From an uncultured Fibrobacteria bacterium (GTDB lineage Bacteria > Fibrobacterota > Fibrobacteria > UBA11236): a stretch of 64,000 nt of DNA. Position 1 is the stretch's first letter. Each line of letters starts with the position of its first letter. Location of the stretch: assembly GCA_963716395.1 (NCBI GenBank), contig OY970309.1:1056001-1120000 (forward strand). Reading direction: 5' to 3'. A program made the position numbers and the translations under genes. Below the pieces are notes generated by a model, which worked only from the letters and a program-made list of their open reading frames with translations, had not been told where the DNA came from and searched no databases. This document shows, piece by piece, positions 20,464-31,951 of the stretch.

Positions 20464-21969
20464 TCAACCCTCGGTCAGGGAAAGCAAGCCTTGCAGGGGG
20501 ATTCCGACCCAGTCGGGCCGGTTGTTCAATTCATAGTCCAACTCGTAAACGGCTTTTTCCAGGGTGAACAGGCGCAGCAGCGCGGTACGCGCCGCTTCCG
20601 CGGCGGGCAAGGCGGTGGTATCGGCCGGGGTTCCGGTGTAGGCCTGAAGATAGGCGGCGCAGAGACCGCGGTAACGGGCCTCCAAGGACTCGGCGGCGGC
20701 CGGGGCGTTTGACCCGCGGGCGGCCACGTGCAGGGCGTAGTGGAAGGAACGTAACATTCCGGCTACGTCGCGCAGCGGCGAATGTTTACCCCTTTTCTCG
20801 GCCAGGGGCCGACCGGTTTCGCCTTCGAAATCGAGAAACCAGATGCGGCCCGCCGCACGCAACACCTGTCCCAGATGAAAGTCGCCGTGGATGCGGATTT
20901 TGCGCCCCCAGTCACCGACGGGCGCAAGCGCCAGTCCGGATTCCAGACGTTCGCGGCGCTCCAGCAGCGCGCGCGCCGCCGCCGCGTCTTCCGGCGCGGG
21001 AATGTCGCGGAGCCGGGTTTCGAGTTGCGCCAAGGCGCGCCGCAGCAAAGCCACACCCTGCGCGGAAAAGTCGGCCACGTCTTCGCCGGAAAGGGTTTTG
21101 GGCGCGAAATCGGGAAGGTCGGGGCGAGAGGCCAGCGCGGCGTGAAACTCCGCGGTGCGCCGGCCCAGATCGCCGACCCAGTCGAGAAAAGCTTGCGGCG
21201 GCGCGCCCGCCAACTGACTCAAGGCGAAGTCCCAGCCGTTGCCTTCGGAAGCGACGAAGCGCTGCAGCAGGGCGGCGGTGATGGGCGGCCGGCCCGGTCT
21301 TTCCCATTCCAGGCATGACTGGAATTCGGGCGCCACGCGGCACGCGGTCTGTTCTTCGAGAAAGCGCAGGATCTCAGGCTCGGGGTGCACGCCTTCTTCC
21401 CAGCGCCGATAGAGCTTGAGAAAACTGCCCGAAGAAAAAACCAACCCGGTATTGCTTTGTTCGGCCCCCAGCACCCGGCTGGTCAGGGTTTCGTCGGAAA
21501 CGGTTCGACGGCTCCAGGCCACGGTGGGTTTGCCGCGCAGCACACCGTTCCCGAGCGGCAGCCCCGGGCCTTCCTCCAGGGCCCCCAGTAGACCGCGGCG
21601 GAAACCGTCATCGTAACAGGCATCGCATAACAACAGGGCGCGATCGTGGCCCTGCACCCCGCAAATCACCGCGGCCAAGGGCGGCTCGGGTGACGCGAGC
21701 GCCAGGCTCAGCGGCAGCGCATAGGTTTCACCCGTGCCGGGGGTGATGCGAATCACGGCCAGCACCGATCCGTTTTCCGCCGCGGCCGGCGCCAGCGGCG
21801 TCCAGGCTTCCAGGGTCGCCCGCGAGACGGTTTGCGTCTTCGACCGATACCAGCGCGCCCGCATGACATAAGCGGGGAGAATAGCGCGCTCCAATTGATC
21901 GCGCGTCGCGGCATCATCGAGCCAATGCGGCCACGCCATCTGGTTGGGAACGTGAAGAACGTCAGGCAT
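20464..21969 (-). CDS. Maltokinase (Pep2/Mak) family protein
   Basis: RWYRSK, AEQSN, RIHGDFHLGQVL, DFEGE, RDVAGMLRSF, YELDYELNNRPDW. Confidence 0.9.
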   Translation of the reverse strand: MPDVLHVPNQMAWPHWLDDAATRDQLERAILPAYVMRARWYRSKTQTVSRATLEAWTPLAPAAAENGSVLAVIRITPGTGETYALPLSLALASPEPPLAAVICGVQGHDRALLLCDACYDDGFRRGLLGALEEGPGLPLGNGVLRGKPTVAWSRRTVSDETLTSRVLGAEQSNTGLVFSSGSFLKLYRRWEEGVHPEPEILRFLEEQTACRVAPEFQSCLEWERPGRPPITAALLQRFVASEGNGWDFALSQLAGAPPQAFLDWVGDLGRRTAEFHAALASRPDLPDFAPKTLSGEDVADFSAQGVALLRRALAQLETRLRDIPAPEDAAAARALLERRERLESGLALAPVGDWGRKIRIHGDFHLGQVLRAAGRIWFLDFEGETGRPLAEKRGKHSPLRDVAGMLRSFHYALHVAARGSNAPAAAESLEARYRGLCAAYLQAYTGTPADTTALPAAEAARTALLRLFTLEKAVYELDYELNNRPDWVGIPLQGLLSLTEG

Positions 21970-22351
21970 ATCCTGGGAGCCTTCGCCGGCTATCAGCGCC
22001 GTTCATAGCCCTGGGTTTTCAATTTTGCAAAACCTGGCCTGGGTTTTAAAGCCTTGCGTAAATCGCCGCTTACCGCGATTGGATCCCGTGAAAGAATCCG
22101 CCGCGCCGCGGCGAGCGGGGAGCCGACCCTCGTTGCCTGTTTTGACGCCGAGGGCGGCCGAATATTTTCGCACCGAATTTTCCATGCAAGTACCATAAAC
22201 AGACGGCGATAAAAAATCAATCCGCCCAAGCATCCGATGCGCAATCGATCCGGATTTTACCGGGTCGCTTCTCTCCGAGCCGGACCGACTCGCAAACATC
22301 CCCCGGGCTTGGCCTTACCCCGACCGACCCTCGGCCGGCATGCCGTCGCGG

Positions 22352-23404
22352 TCAACGCAGGATGCGAAGCGCGGGCACAAGCCGCGCATGGTTTTCGGGG
22401 AGAAACCTGCGGCCCAAGGCATCGATCCAAATCCCCCGCCGCGGCGGAAGCGATTGCAGGGACACGGGCTTGACGGCCGTGGAACTGGGCAAAGTGCGCC
22501 CCGGAATTTTAAGCTGCAACGAGTATAATCCGCCATCACCGGTCATATATAGGGTGGTATTATCCGAACCGCCGAACACGCAATTGTCGGTGTTGCCCTG
22601 GGCGCCCGGACGCGTGTCTCCGGCGCCGCTGGCGAGGTTCAGGCGGATGAATCCCAACGAGTCGCCCTGGGAATTGAAAACGAAAAATTCGCCCAGCATG
22701 TAACTGGCCACATAATGGTTGCCATGCGTGTCGATGGTGCCGCCATCCGGATCATTCACGCTCGCGAATTTCGTTCCGTCGGCCAAGGTGCCGTCGCTTT
22801 GCACGGAATACCGGGTGACCTGATTGTTCTGGTTCACGTACACCGCGCTTTGTTCCGGCAGCCATTCAATGCCGTTGGCCGAGCGCTGATTGCCGACGGC
22901 GATGGCCAGTTGGCGCGCAGGATTGAGATAAAAAACATTGGTGTTCAAATCCGTAAAATAAAGGTCGCCGGCGGGCCCGATGCTGAGATCGTTCGCCTGA
23001 CCGAAGGTCACGCCGTTCTGCCCGGATTGCACCAGAACCGTATCAAGCGCGCCCGCGTCGGTATAGCGCGCCAGCCGGCCATCCTGGCAGGCCACGACCC
23101 TGCCCTGCGGATCGAGTTCGAGGCCGTTGCTTTGCCGCGTCGTTACGAAAATCGATCCGGTGTCCGCCGTGCCGGGCTTGATTTTCCAAATCGGCCAATC
23201 GGGGGTTTGATTGCCGAATTGTTCTGTGAAATACACGGTTCCCGTGGCCGGCTGCCATAAGGGCCCTTCACAGTATTGGGCGATTTGTTTGACCCAAACC
23301 ACGGGCGAACTTTGATCGTAAAGCGAGTCGGGCAATTGCACGGTAAAGCTTTGCGCCGCCGCCGGCGAGACGCAAAAAATGGCCGCGGCCAGAAACTTCA
23401 ACAT
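22352..23404 (-). CDS. Secreted SMP-30/gluconolactonase family protein with basic C-terminal tail
   Basis: EGPLW, SNGL, NDL, PDGG, NCVFGG; signal peptide; DALGRR tail. Confidence 0.88.
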   Translation of the reverse strand: MLKFLAAAIFCVSPAAAQSFTVQLPDSLYDQSSPVVWVKQIAQYCEGPLWQPATGTVYFTEQFGNQTPDWPIWKIKPGTADTGSIFVTTRQSNGLELDPQGRVVACQDGRLARYTDAGALDTVLVQSGQNGVTFGQANDLSIGPAGDLYFTDLNTNVFYLNPARQLAIAVGNQRSANGIEWLPEQSAVYVNQNNQVTRYSVQSDGTLADGTKFASVNDPDGGTIDTHGNHYVASYMLGEFFVFNSQGDSLGFIRLNLASGAGDTRPGAQGNTDNCVFGGSDNTTLYMTGDGGLYSLQLKIPGRTLPSSTAVKPVSLQSLPPRRGIWIDALGRRFLPENHARLVPALRILR

Positions 23405-23635
23405 CGGTCCCTCGCTTCCCCTCCGATTCAAAAGGTAGGGCTGGGAAAAATTTCTGGTTTGTGATTTTTCGCGCTTTCACGATTTCTATGCGATTCAGCG
23501 GAACCGGGGGGTTTTCCCGATCACGATTGCGCCCGCAGCGCTCAGGCCGTGAGCAACGGGTGCGGCGGAATTCCCGGCCATGTCCAAAAACCGGGTGAAC
23601 CCGCATTTGGGCTTACGACGTGACGAAAAGCGAGA

Positions 23636-25435
23636 TTAACCCGTCTTTTCCTGCTTCAGCTCGGCCAGCACCTTGGGATCGATGTGAATGTGCAATTCCC
23701 GCAACTGCTTTTCGGTCACCTCCGAAGGCGCCTGCATCATCAAATCCTGCGCTTTCTGGTTCATGGGAAAAGCGATCACTTCACGAATGTTTTCCTCGTC
23801 GGCCATCAGCATGACCATGCGATCCACGCCCGGCGCAATGCCGCCGTGAGGCGGCGCCCCGAGCTTGAACGCGTTGATCATGCCGCCGAATTTGCGGTCC
23901 ACGACTTCCGGGCCGTACCCCGCAATCTCAAAAGCCTTGTACATGATGTCGGGACGGTGGTTGCGGATGGCTCCCGACGAGAGTTCGATGCCGTTGCACA
24001 CGATGTCGTATTGAAAGGCCAGAATGTCGAGCGGGTTCTTGGTCAAGAGCGCTTCCATTCCGCCTTGCGGCATGGAAAACGGATTATGCGAAAACGCGAT
24101 GCATTGGTTTTCTTCGTCCCATTCGAACATGGGAAAATCGACAATCCAGCAAAAGCGCAAGGCGTCTTTTTCGACGAGCCCGAGGTCGTGCCCGAGCTTG
24201 ACGCGCACCTGTCCCGCGAGTTTGGCGGCCACGGCTTCTTGGTCGCATATGAAGAACACGGCGTCGCCCTTTTGCGCCCCGCATTGTTCGCCCAGCGCCT
24301 GGAGGTTTTCGGGCGACAGAAATTTCGCAATCGGGCCTTTCACGCCTTCTTCGCCGTAGACGAGATAGGCCAAGCCCTTCGACCCGATGCTTTGCGCATA
24401 GTCTACCAGTTTGTCGAAAAAGCTGCGCGGCTGTGCAGCGAGATTTTTCACGGGAATGGCGCGCACCACGGCGCCGCTTTGCACCGCGCCGGCAAAGGCT
24501 TTGAAGCCGCTGTCGCGAAACACGGCGCTGACGTCGCGGATTTCGATGGGGATGCGGAGATCGGGTTTGTCGGTTCCGTACTTCAGCATGGCTTCGCGAA
24601 AGGGGATGCGGCGGAAAGGGAGGCCGTCGACGTGGCGCGTGGTGAATTCGACGAACACGCCGTGGATGACCCGTTCCACGGCCGCGAATATGTCGTCTTG
24701 CGTGACGAAACTCATTTCAATATCGAGCTGGTAGAATTCACCGGGTGAGCGGTCGGCGCGCGCGTCTTCGTCGCGGAAGCAGGGCGCGATTTGAAAATAG
24801 CGGTCGAAGCCGGCCACCATGAGCAATTGCTTGAACTGCTGCGGGGCCTGCGGCAGGGCGTAGAAGCGGCCCGGATGCAGCCGGCTCGGCACCAGAAAGT
24901 CGCGCGCGCCTTCGGGCGACGAGCTGGTGAGGATGGGCGTCTGGAACTCGGCGAAGCCGTCTGCAGTCATGCGCCGCCGCAGCGAAGCGATGACGCGGCT
25001 GCGCAGCAGCACGTTGCGGTGCAATTTTTCCCGGCGCAAATCGAGAAAGCGGTACTTGAGCCGCAACTCTTCGGGCCCGCCGTCCTTGTCGTCGACCAGA
25101 AAGGGCAATGGGTCGGCAGCCGCAAGAATTTCCAGCGCGTCGGCCACGACTTCGATTTCGCCCGTGAGCATGCCCGGGTTCACGGTATTGGCCTCGCGGG
25201 CCACCACACGACCCGTTACGGTAATCACACTTTCATAGCGAAGGCGGGTGGCGTTATCGAAGAATCCGCGCTCGGGGTGGATGACGGCTTGCGTCACACC
25301 GTAATGGTCGCGCACATCGAGGAAAAGCAGCCCGCCGTGATCGCGGCGGCGGAACACCCAGCCGGAAAGGCGCACGGTTAGACCCACGCCTTCTTTGCGC
25401 AACTCCCCGCAGGTATGGGTGCGATACAAATGCAT
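23636..25435 (-). CDS. aspS: Aspartate--tRNA ligase
   Basis: [40 protein letters not shown]. Confidence 0.98.
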   Translation of the reverse strand: MHLYRTHTCGELRKEGVGLTVRLSGWVFRRRDHGGLLFLDVRDHYGVTQAVIHPERGFFDNATRLRYESVITVTGRVVAREANTVNPGMLTGEIEVVADALEILAAADPLPFLVDDKDGGPEELRLKYRFLDLRREKLHRNVLLRSRVIASLRRRMTADGFAEFQTPILTSSSPEGARDFLVPSRLHPGRFYALPQAPQQFKQLLMVAGFDRYFQIAPCFRDEDARADRSPGEFYQLDIEMSFVTQDDIFAAVERVIHGVFVEFTTRHVDGLPFRRIPFREAMLKYGTDKPDLRIPIEIRDVSAVFRDSGFKAFAGAVQSGAVVRAIPVKNLAAQPRSFFDKLVDYAQSIGSKGLAYLVYGEEGVKGPIAKFLSPENLQALGEQCGAQKGDAVFFICDQEAVAAKLAGQVRVKLGHDLGLVEKDALRFCWIVDFPMFEWDEENQCIAFSHNPFSMPQGGMEALLTKNPLDILAFQYDIVCNGIELSSGAIRNHRPDIMYKAFEIAGYGPEVVDRKFGGMINAFKLGAPPHGGIAPGVDRMVMLMADEENIREVIAFPMNQKAQDLMMQAPSEVTEKQLRELHIHIDPKVLAELKQEKTG

Positions 25436-25616
25436 CGAGATGGCCTTGTCTCCGGATTTGAAGAGTGGTAAAAATTAGTTAGAACCGCACGCAGACGCGT
25501 CAAAAACGATGGTTTCAAAGCCTGGTTTGCCGAAGAAACCGGTCGAAGCTAACTTGCCCCTTCTCATGAATGGCCGACCCAGCCGGCTCCCTCACGCCCA
25601 ACCCCGCTAATCTCCC

Positions 25617-26939
25617 ATGCATGCACTCGGCTGGATTGCCCTGGCTCTTCTCACCCTTATGGCCGGCAATGCCTTTTTCGTGGTCGGCGAGATCGGACTG
25701 GTCGCCAGCCGCCGCACGCGCTTGCAGCAGCGGGCCGAATCCGGCGACGCCAAAGCCCGGCGGGCATTGGAGTGGATTCAAAAACCCGGCCGGTTTCTGG
25801 CCACGGTGCAGGTCGGCATCACCCTGATCGGAATTCTCGAAGGCGTGATCTCGGATCGCGCCGCCGCTTTGCTCGACGTTAAAATCCGCGGCTGGCCGCA
25901 CAGCAAGCTTTTGGCTTTGATCGCCGTGTTTTTTTTGGTCACCTATCTGCAGGTGGTGCTGGGCGAGTTGTTGCCCAAATCCCTGGCCTTGCGCCAACCT
26001 GAAAGCGTGGCCCGCACTCTGGCCGGCCCCATGAAAAAACTGAGCCGCGTGGCGGGCTGGCTGGTGGCTTTTCTCACCTTCTCGACCGAAGCCTTGCTGC
26101 GGCTTGGCGGCGTCAAGCCCGCCCCCGAACCGGCGCCGGTCACCGAGGAGGAAATCGCGGTCATGCTGGCTCAGGGCGCCAAAGCCGGCGTGTTCGCCGC
26201 CAGCCAGCAGGACATGATGGAAAGCGTGATCGAAATGGGCGAGCGCCGCATCACTTCGATTATGACCGCGCGTCCCGACATCGTCTGGCTTGCGGCCGAA
26301 GCCACCACCGAAGACGTGCGGGCCACCGTGGCTAAGGCGGCGCACTCGCGTTACCCCGTCTGTCTGGGCAGCTTCGATCAGGTGTTGGGGGTCGTGCACA
26401 CCAAGGATTTGTTCGCCCGCCGCCTGGCCGGCGAAGCCTTGGATTTGAAATCCCTGGCGGTGAAAGTGCCCACCATTCCCGACTCGGTGAACGTGCTCAA
26501 GGCGCTTGAAGCCTTTCGCGCTTCGGGCCGCACCATGGCCTTTGTCAGCGACGAATACGGCAGCATTCTGGGATTGGTCACTCTCGACGATGTGCTGCGC
26601 AACATTCTGGGCGACATGGCCGCCGATTTTGCCGACGGCGGCGACGCCGACGCGGTGCGTCGATCCGACGGCGCCTGGCTGATCGACGGCATCAAGCCCA
26701 TTGAAGAGTTCAAGGATTTGCTGGCCTTGGAATCGTTGCCCGGCGAAGACGAAGGCGCCTATCAAACCTTGGGCGGCTTTGTCATGGCGCGGCTGGGGCG
26801 CATTCCCAAAACCGGAGACGTTTTCAACGCCGGCGATTGCCGCTACGAAGTTTTGAAAATGGACGGGCGCCGGGTCGACAAGGTGCTGGTCAAGCCCAAA
26901 ACGCCGCCCGCGGAAAAATCGGCGGGCACAACCGCTTAA
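25617..26939 (+). CDS. CNNM/CorC-HlyC family protein (DUF21-CBS-CorC)
   Basis: FLATVQVGIT, GELLPK, HSRYPV, DEYG, YQTLGG. Confidence 0.93.
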   Translation: MHALGWIALALLTLMAGNAFFVVGEIGLVASRRTRLQQRAESGDAKARRALEWIQKPGRFLATVQVGITLIGILEGVISDRAAALLDVKIRGWPHSKLLALIAVFFLVTYLQVVLGELLPKSLALRQPESVARTLAGPMKKLSRVAGWLVAFLTFSTEALLRLGGVKPAPEPAPVTEEEIAVMLAQGAKAGVFAASQQDMMESVIEMGERRITSIMTARPDIVWLAAEATTEDVRATVAKAAHSRYPVCLGSFDQVLGVVHTKDLFARRLAGEALDLKSLAVKVPTIPDSVNVLKALEAFRASGRTMAFVSDEYGSILGLVTLDDVLRNILGDMAADFADGGDADAVRRSDGAWLIDGIKPIEEFKDLLALESLPGEDEGAYQTLGGFVMARLGRIPKTGDVFNAGDCRYEVLKMDGRRVDKVLVKPKTPPAEKSAGTTA

Positions 26940-26975
26940 TTCACGCGGCCCTCAGGGCGCGGTCGACGGAAAAAC

Positions 26976-27425
26976 ATGCTCGCAGACATCAAAAATTTCC
27001 GCGCCCTCGAACCCGACCTGGCCACGGCCGGGCAACCGGATGAAGCGCAATTGGCGGACGTAAAACGGGCGGGTTTCGACGTCGTCATCAATCTTGGGCT
27101 CGCGGGCCAGCCCTATAGTTTACCCGACGAACAATCCGCGGTGGAGAAACTGGGTCTTGCCTATTTTCATCTTCCCGTAGACTTCGAGCGCCCGCAGGCC
27201 GGCGACTTGGAGCGGTTTCTTGAAATTATGGATCGGTGCGACGAGCGCAAGGTACTGGTGCATTGCGCCGCCAATTATCGGGCTTCATGTTTCACCGCCT
27301 GCTATCTCCACCGCCGGCGCGGCTGGTCGAGCGTCGAAGCCGAAGCTTCGGTACACCGCGTGTGGATTCCCAACGCCGTATGGCGTAATTTCATGCAGGC
27401 CGCGAAGGAGAAAGGCCAGCCATGA
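26976..27425 (+). CDS. DUF442 / protein-tyrosine-phosphatase-like protein
   Basis: TAGQP, VINL, HCAANYR (CX5R). Confidence 0.85.
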   Translation: MLADIKNFRALEPDLATAGQPDEAQLADVKRAGFDVVINLGLAGQPYSLPDEQSAVEKLGLAYFHLPVDFERPQAGDLERFLEIMDRCDERKVLVHCAANYRASCFTACYLHRRRGWSSVEAEASVHRVWIPNAVWRNFMQAAKEKGQP

Positions 27426-28015
27426 GCGAAAATCGATTTCCCGATTGGGGCAAAATTTATACGGAACAAAAGGTCGAGGAAATGCCTTGGTATTATCCGG
27501 AACTGGATCCGGATTTGGATCAAGCGCTGCGCGAAAAAAATCTTACCCGTGGCGCGTTCCTGGATTTGGGCACCGGGCCCGGCACCCAGGCCGCGGCTTT
27601 GGCGCAGCGGGGTTTCACCGTAACCGGAACCGACCTTTCCGCCGCCGCGGTGGAAGGGGCCCGAGCCCGCATTCCGGGCGTTGAATTCCTGGCGGACGAT
27701 ATTTTGCATTCGACCTTGGGCCGCCGCTTCGACTGCATTTTCGACCGCGGCTGCTTTCACGTTTTTCAAGAAGCGGCGCGTCCGGCCTACGTCGAAGCCG
27801 TGGCCTCCTTGCTCCATCCGGGCGGCTATTTGTTTCTCAAATGCTTCAGCGCCGCCATGCCGGAGACGGGACTCGGGCCGTACCGCTTTGCGCCGGAAGA
27901 TATTCGCGCCTTATTCACAGGCAAATTCAAGGTCGAAAGCGTTCGGCCCACGATTTTCCAAGGCACCCGGACGCCGGAGCCGAAGGCTTTGTTCGCAACG
28001 CTGAAAGTGAAATGA
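27422..28015 (+). CDS. Class I SAM-dependent methyltransferase
   Basis: LDLGTGPG, FDRGCFH. Confidence 0.9.
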   Translation: MSENRFPDWGKIYTEQKVEEMPWYYPELDPDLDQALREKNLTRGAFLDLGTGPGTQAAALAQRGFTVTGTDLSAAAVEGARARIPGVEFLADDILHSTLGRRFDCIFDRGCFHVFQEAARPAYVEAVASLLHPGGYLFLKCFSAAMPETGLGPYRFAPEDIRALFTGKFKVESVRPTIFQGTRTPEPKALFATLKVK

Positions 28016-28045
28016 CCGCCGATGGCCGGCACCGTAACCGACCAG

Positions 28046-28912
28046 CTACCCAACTTCGGGAAAGCGTTGTGCCAGGTATTCGCGATACGGCGACCGGGGC
28101 ATGGCCGCCAGCGCGGCGCGCAATCCGGCGGCGTCGATGAAGCCGCGCAAAAAGGCGATCTCTTCCAGGCAGGCGATTTTCAACCCCTGGCGCTCTTCCA
28201 GCGTGTAAATGAAATTGCTGGCTTCCAGCAGGGCGGCATGCGTGCCGGTGTCGAGCCAGGCGATGCCGCGCCCCAGCAGCGACACGCGCAACTCGCCCTG
28301 TTGCAAGTACAGATTGTTCAACGCCGTGATTTCGATCTCGCCGCGGGCCGAAGGCTTGAGGGTTTTGGCCAGGGCCGACACGCGGCCGTCGTACAGATAC
28401 AGGCCGGGCACGGCGTAATGCGATTTCGGCGCGCGCGGTTTTTCTTCAATGGAGAGCGCGCGGCCTTGGGCGTCGAATTCGAGCACGCCGTAGCGCTCGG
28501 GGTCTTTGACCTGGTAACCGAAGACCATGGCTCCGCTTTTGAAATCCGTCACGATTTCGTCGAGTTTCATGCGGCCGTAAAACACGTTGTCGCCGAGAAT
28601 CAAGGCCACGGGTTCGCCAGCCACGAATTCTTCGCCCAGAATGAAAGCCTGGGCCAAGCCTTCGGGCCGGGGTTGCACGGCGTAGGCAAGGCGTAGGCCC
28701 CATGGCGATCCGTCGCCCAGCAAATCGCGAAAGCGGGGCGTGTCTTCCGGCGTCGAAATGAGAAGAATGTCGCGGATACCACCCAGCATCAAGGTGGCCA
28801 GGGGGTAGTAGATCATGGGCTTGTCGTACACCGGTTGCAATTGCTTGCTCGCGACTTTCGACAAGGGGTAGAGGCGCGTGCCCGCGCCGCCGGCCAGAAC
28901 GATGCCCTTCAT
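28046..28912 (-). CDS. rfbA: Glucose-1-phosphate thymidylyltransferase
   Basis: [44 protein letters not shown]. Confidence 0.97.
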   Translation of the reverse strand: MKGIVLAGGAGTRLYPLSKVASKQLQPVYDKPMIYYPLATLMLGGIRDILLISTPEDTPRFRDLLGDGSPWGLRLAYAVQPRPEGLAQAFILGEEFVAGEPVALILGDNVFYGRMKLDEIVTDFKSGAMVFGYQVKDPERYGVLEFDAQGRALSIEEKPRAPKSHYAVPGLYLYDGRVSALAKTLKPSARGEIEITALNNLYLQQGELRVSLLGRGIAWLDTGTHAALLEASNFIYTLEERQGLKIACLEEIAFLRGFIDAAGLRAALAAMPRSPYREYLAQRFPEVG

Positions 28913-29616
28913 GACGGCAATTCCTCGGCCGGGCGTTCCGAATGCAGGGTCAGAGAATTCAGCGGCCGCGGGCTGGGCAGACCGAGCTGGCGCGTGATGT
29001 CGGCGTGGATTTTGGCGATCTCCTGGGTGGCGTCGACCGAGATCATGATTCCGAGCCGTTCGAAAAAGCGCAACATGGGTTCGGTTTTGACGTGGTAGTC
29101 TTCGATGCGGTTCTTGATGGCCTCGGCGTGATCATCGCTGCGCAACGCCAGCGTGCCGCCGCATACGTCGCACACGCCCTCGGTTTTCGGGCGATGGCCG
29201 ATGAGGTTGTAGTCGAGCCCGCAGCGCGAGCACACGCGGCGCGCCAGCACGCGGTCGGTCACCAGGCGGTCGGGCGCGTCAAGGTGGATGACGCCGTTGA
29301 TGTTGTAGTTCTCGAACAGGAATTCGGCCTGGGGAAAGGTGCGGGGAAACCCGTCGAGCACGAAGCCGTAATTCCAGTCATGCCAACTGAGGCGCTCCGA
29401 TACCACCTTGGCCACGAGGTCTTCGCCCACCATTTGGCCCTTGGAAATGACGCGGTTCACCCGCGCCGCCAGCTTGGTGTGGTTGGCGATGTGCCAGCGG
29501 AAGAGATCGCCGATGGCGATGTGCACGAAGTCGTAGGCTTCGCACAAAAGGCGCGCCTGCGTGCCTTTGCCGCTGCCTTGAATGCCGAAAATGATGTACT
29601 TGTACATAAGGGGCAC
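28909..29616 (-). CDS. adk: Adenylate kinase family protein (Zn-LID)
   Basis: [22 protein letters not shown]...CDVC LID, RSDD. Confidence 0.88.
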   Translation of the reverse strand: MPLMYKYIIFGIQGSGKGTQARLLCEAYDFVHIAIGDLFRWHIANHTKLAARVNRVISKGQMVGEDLVAKVVSERLSWHDWNYGFVLDGFPRTFPQAEFLFENYNINGVIHLDAPDRLVTDRVLARRVCSRCGLDYNLIGHRPKTEGVCDVCGGTLALRSDDHAEAIKNRIEDYHVKTEPMLRFFERLGIMISVDATQEIAKIHADITRQLGLPSPRPLNSLTLHSERPAEELPS

Positions 29617-29732
29617 AAGTTAGAAATCCCCTTTGCCCTTTCGTCTTTTACGGAAGGGTGCGCCGCGCAACCGGAGTGCAGCCGAATGCGGCGCACCGCC
29701 TTTTTACCTTGTCGACCGATGGAGGTTTTCCC

Positions 29733-31217
29733 ATGACGGCATCGCTGGAAGCCCTGCGCGGCTTGAGCCGCGAATTGTATGCCTTGCGCGCGGTCGGCGC
29801 CTTGCTGGGCTGGGATCAAGAAACCCACATGCCCGCCAAAGGCGGCGCCGCGCGGGCCGAAAGCCAGGCCGCGCTCAGCACCGCGCTGCATCAGCGCCTT
29901 ACGGCCCCCGCCCTCTGGGATTTGCTCGCGCAAGCTGCGGCCGATGCGGATCTGCCGCCGCGCGAAAAAGCCTGGGTACGCGAGCTGCGGCGCGACGCCG
30001 ACAAGGCGCGGAAAATTCCCGAAGCCCTGGCCGCCGAGCTGGCCCGCACCGCCTCGCTGTCGCAGCAGGCCTGGGTCCAGGCGCGCGCCCGCAACGCCGC
30101 CGACGAATTTCTCCCCTGGCTGGAAAAACTGGTGGCGCTCAAGCGGCGCGAAGCCGAATGCCTGGGATATGCCGAGCACCCTTATGACGCCTTGCTCGAT
30201 CAATTCGAGCCCGGCGCCCGCGTCTCCACGGTGAAGCCCGTGCTGACGGAATTGCGCGCGGGCCTTGCGCCCCTGCTGCAAAAAATCCTGGCGGCGCATC
30301 CGCGGCCGCCCGCGCCGCCCTGGCAGGGACGGAAATTTCCCTTGGAGGCGCAGCGCCGCTTGAACGAACGCCTGCTGCGCGACATGGGCTTCGATCTCGA
30401 AGCCGGGCGTCTCGACGCAAGCGCGCATCCCTTCACCGAAGGTCTGTGTCCGGGCGACGTGCGCCTGACCACCCGCTACCGCGAAGACGATTGGCTGTCT
30501 TCGGTGTTCAGCACCCTGCACGAAGGCGGGCACGGTCTGTACGAACAGGGTTTGCCCGCCGAGGCCTGGGGCACGCCTTTGGGCGAAGCGGTATCGCTGT
30601 CGGTGCACGAATCGCAATCGCGGCTGTGGGAAAACCTGGTGGGCCGCTCGCACGCGTATTGGGAACGCACCCTGCCGCTGGCGCGCGAGGCGTTCGGGAC
30701 TGCGCTGGCGGGCGTGGAGGTGCCCGGCCTGCTGGCCCAAATCAATGCGGTGTCGCCCTCGTGCATTCGCGTCGAAGCCGACGAAGTCACCTACAATTTG
30801 CACATCGCGTTGCGCTTTTCTCTGGAAGAGGCGGTGTTCGCCGGCACCCTGGCCGTGGCCGACATTCCCGAGGCCTGGAACGCGGACATGCAAAAGCTGC
30901 TCGCCGTGCGCCCCGCCACCGCGGCCGAAGGCTTTCTGCAAGACGTGCATTGGAGCTGCGGCCTGTTCGGGTACTTTCCCACCTACACTTTCGGCAATCT
31001 GTACGCGGCGCAACTCTTCGCCGCCCTGGCGCGCGAGTTGGGCGATCCCGCCCCGGCGTTGCGGGCCGGGGAGTTCACTCCCCTGTTACGCTGGTTGCGC
31101 GAGAAAATCCACCGGTACGGACGCGAATTCTCCGGACCCGAGCTGTTGCGCCAGGCCACGGGCGAAGACTTGAACCCCGAGTATTTTCTGGGTTACCTGC
31201 GCGACAAATATCTGTGA
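29733..31217 (+). CDS. Carboxypeptidase Taq (M32)
   Basis: WDQET, HPF, HEGGH, HESQS, IRVEADE, QDVHW, GYFPTY. Confidence 0.96.
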   Translation: MTASLEALRGLSRELYALRAVGALLGWDQETHMPAKGGAARAESQAALSTALHQRLTAPALWDLLAQAAADADLPPREKAWVRELRRDADKARKIPEALAAELARTASLSQQAWVQARARNAADEFLPWLEKLVALKRREAECLGYAEHPYDALLDQFEPGARVSTVKPVLTELRAGLAPLLQKILAAHPRPPAPPWQGRKFPLEAQRRLNERLLRDMGFDLEAGRLDASAHPFTEGLCPGDVRLTTRYREDDWLSSVFSTLHEGGHGLYEQGLPAEAWGTPLGEAVSLSVHESQSRLWENLVGRSHAYWERTLPLAREAFGTALAGVEVPGLLAQINAVSPSCIRVEADEVTYNLHIALRFSLEEAVFAGTLAVADIPEAWNADMQKLLAVRPATAAEGFLQDVHWSCGLFGYFPTYTFGNLYAAQLFAALARELGDPAPALRAGEFTPLLRWLREKIHRYGREFSGPELLRQATGEDLNPEYFLGYLRDKYL

Positions 31218-31269
31218 TCGATGGGGTCGCGCGGCAGCGAAACGTCTGCCCCGGTGCCATCGAATCGTG

Positions 31270-31689
31270 TTAGCGCGGGATTTTGCGGGGCGCGATCAGT
31301 TCCACCGTCGGAAAATAGGATCGGTATCTTCGGGTATCGCGCGTCAAAATCCGGTATCCGGCGATGGCCGCATGCGCACCGATGTAAAAATCCGGCAAAG
31401 GAGAGGGCCGCGAACCGCCGCGACGGCGGTACTGTAAGAAAACTTTTCCGGCCAGAAAAGCCGCCGCATAGGGAAGCGGCTCGCGCCGAAAAGCAGCGGG
31501 TGGAATCGCTTGCTCCAAATCTTCAATTCTGCGGAAACCAATGGAAACTTCGGCGTAGATCGGGGCGTTGATCACCAACGGGGCTTCATTCGCCGCAGCC
31601 TCCAACGCCTGGCTCGACCAAATCGACCAGTTCGGATCTTTGGTGGCGACGTCGAGCAGCACATTGCTGTCGACCAACACGGCCTTCAT
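31270..31689 (-). CDS. vapC: VapC / PIN-domain toxin
   Basis: VLVDSNVLLD, YAEV, PDFYIGAHA, LTRD. Confidence 0.93.
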   Translation of the reverse strand: MKAVLVDSNVLLDVATKDPNWSIWSSQALEAAANEAPLVINAPIYAEVSIGFRRIEDLEQAIPPAAFRREPLPYAAAFLAGKVFLQYRRRGGSRPSPLPDFYIGAHAAIAGYRILTRDTRRYRSYFPTVELIAPRKIPR

Positions 31690-31922
31690 TGCGGTTTTCG
31701 TGTCAGCGCCAGAATCTGGTCGGTGCTCATTCCCGCGTCGGCTTTACCTTTGAGTTTGGCCAAGATTTCGCTTCCCCGACCCTGAGGCCGCCCGGCGGAA
31801 ACCTTCACCAGCCTAGCCCCGTTCCCGCGTAATTCAAACTCGACTTCGGTTTGGGGGAAAATTCCCAGTTTCTCGCGCACGCGAAGGGGAATGGTGACTT
31901 GGCCTTTGACCGTGACCCGCAT
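31686..31922 (-). CDS. vapB: AbrB/MazE-type antitoxin
   Basis: MRVTVKGQVTIP.RVRE.LG; 4-bp overlap with the toxin gene. Confidence 0.92.
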   Translation of the reverse strand: MRVTVKGQVTIPLRVREKLGIFPQTEVEFELRGNGARLVKVSAGRPQGRGSEILAKLKGKADAGMSTDQILALTRKPQ

Positions 31923-31923
31923 C

Positions 31924-31951
31924 GTGGTATTACTCCTTGCGGTAATACTAC
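31924..31951. promoter_or_regulatory. Inverted repeat GTGGTATTAC-N8-GTAATACTAC, probable TA operator
   Basis: 9/10 matching arms immediately upstream of the antitoxin start codon. Confidence 0.6.

Noticed and set aside
21970-22351. Possible ncRNA or small gene in a ~380-bp intergenic gap
   Set aside because: No recognisable riboswitch or RNA family motif and no convincing ORF by eye.
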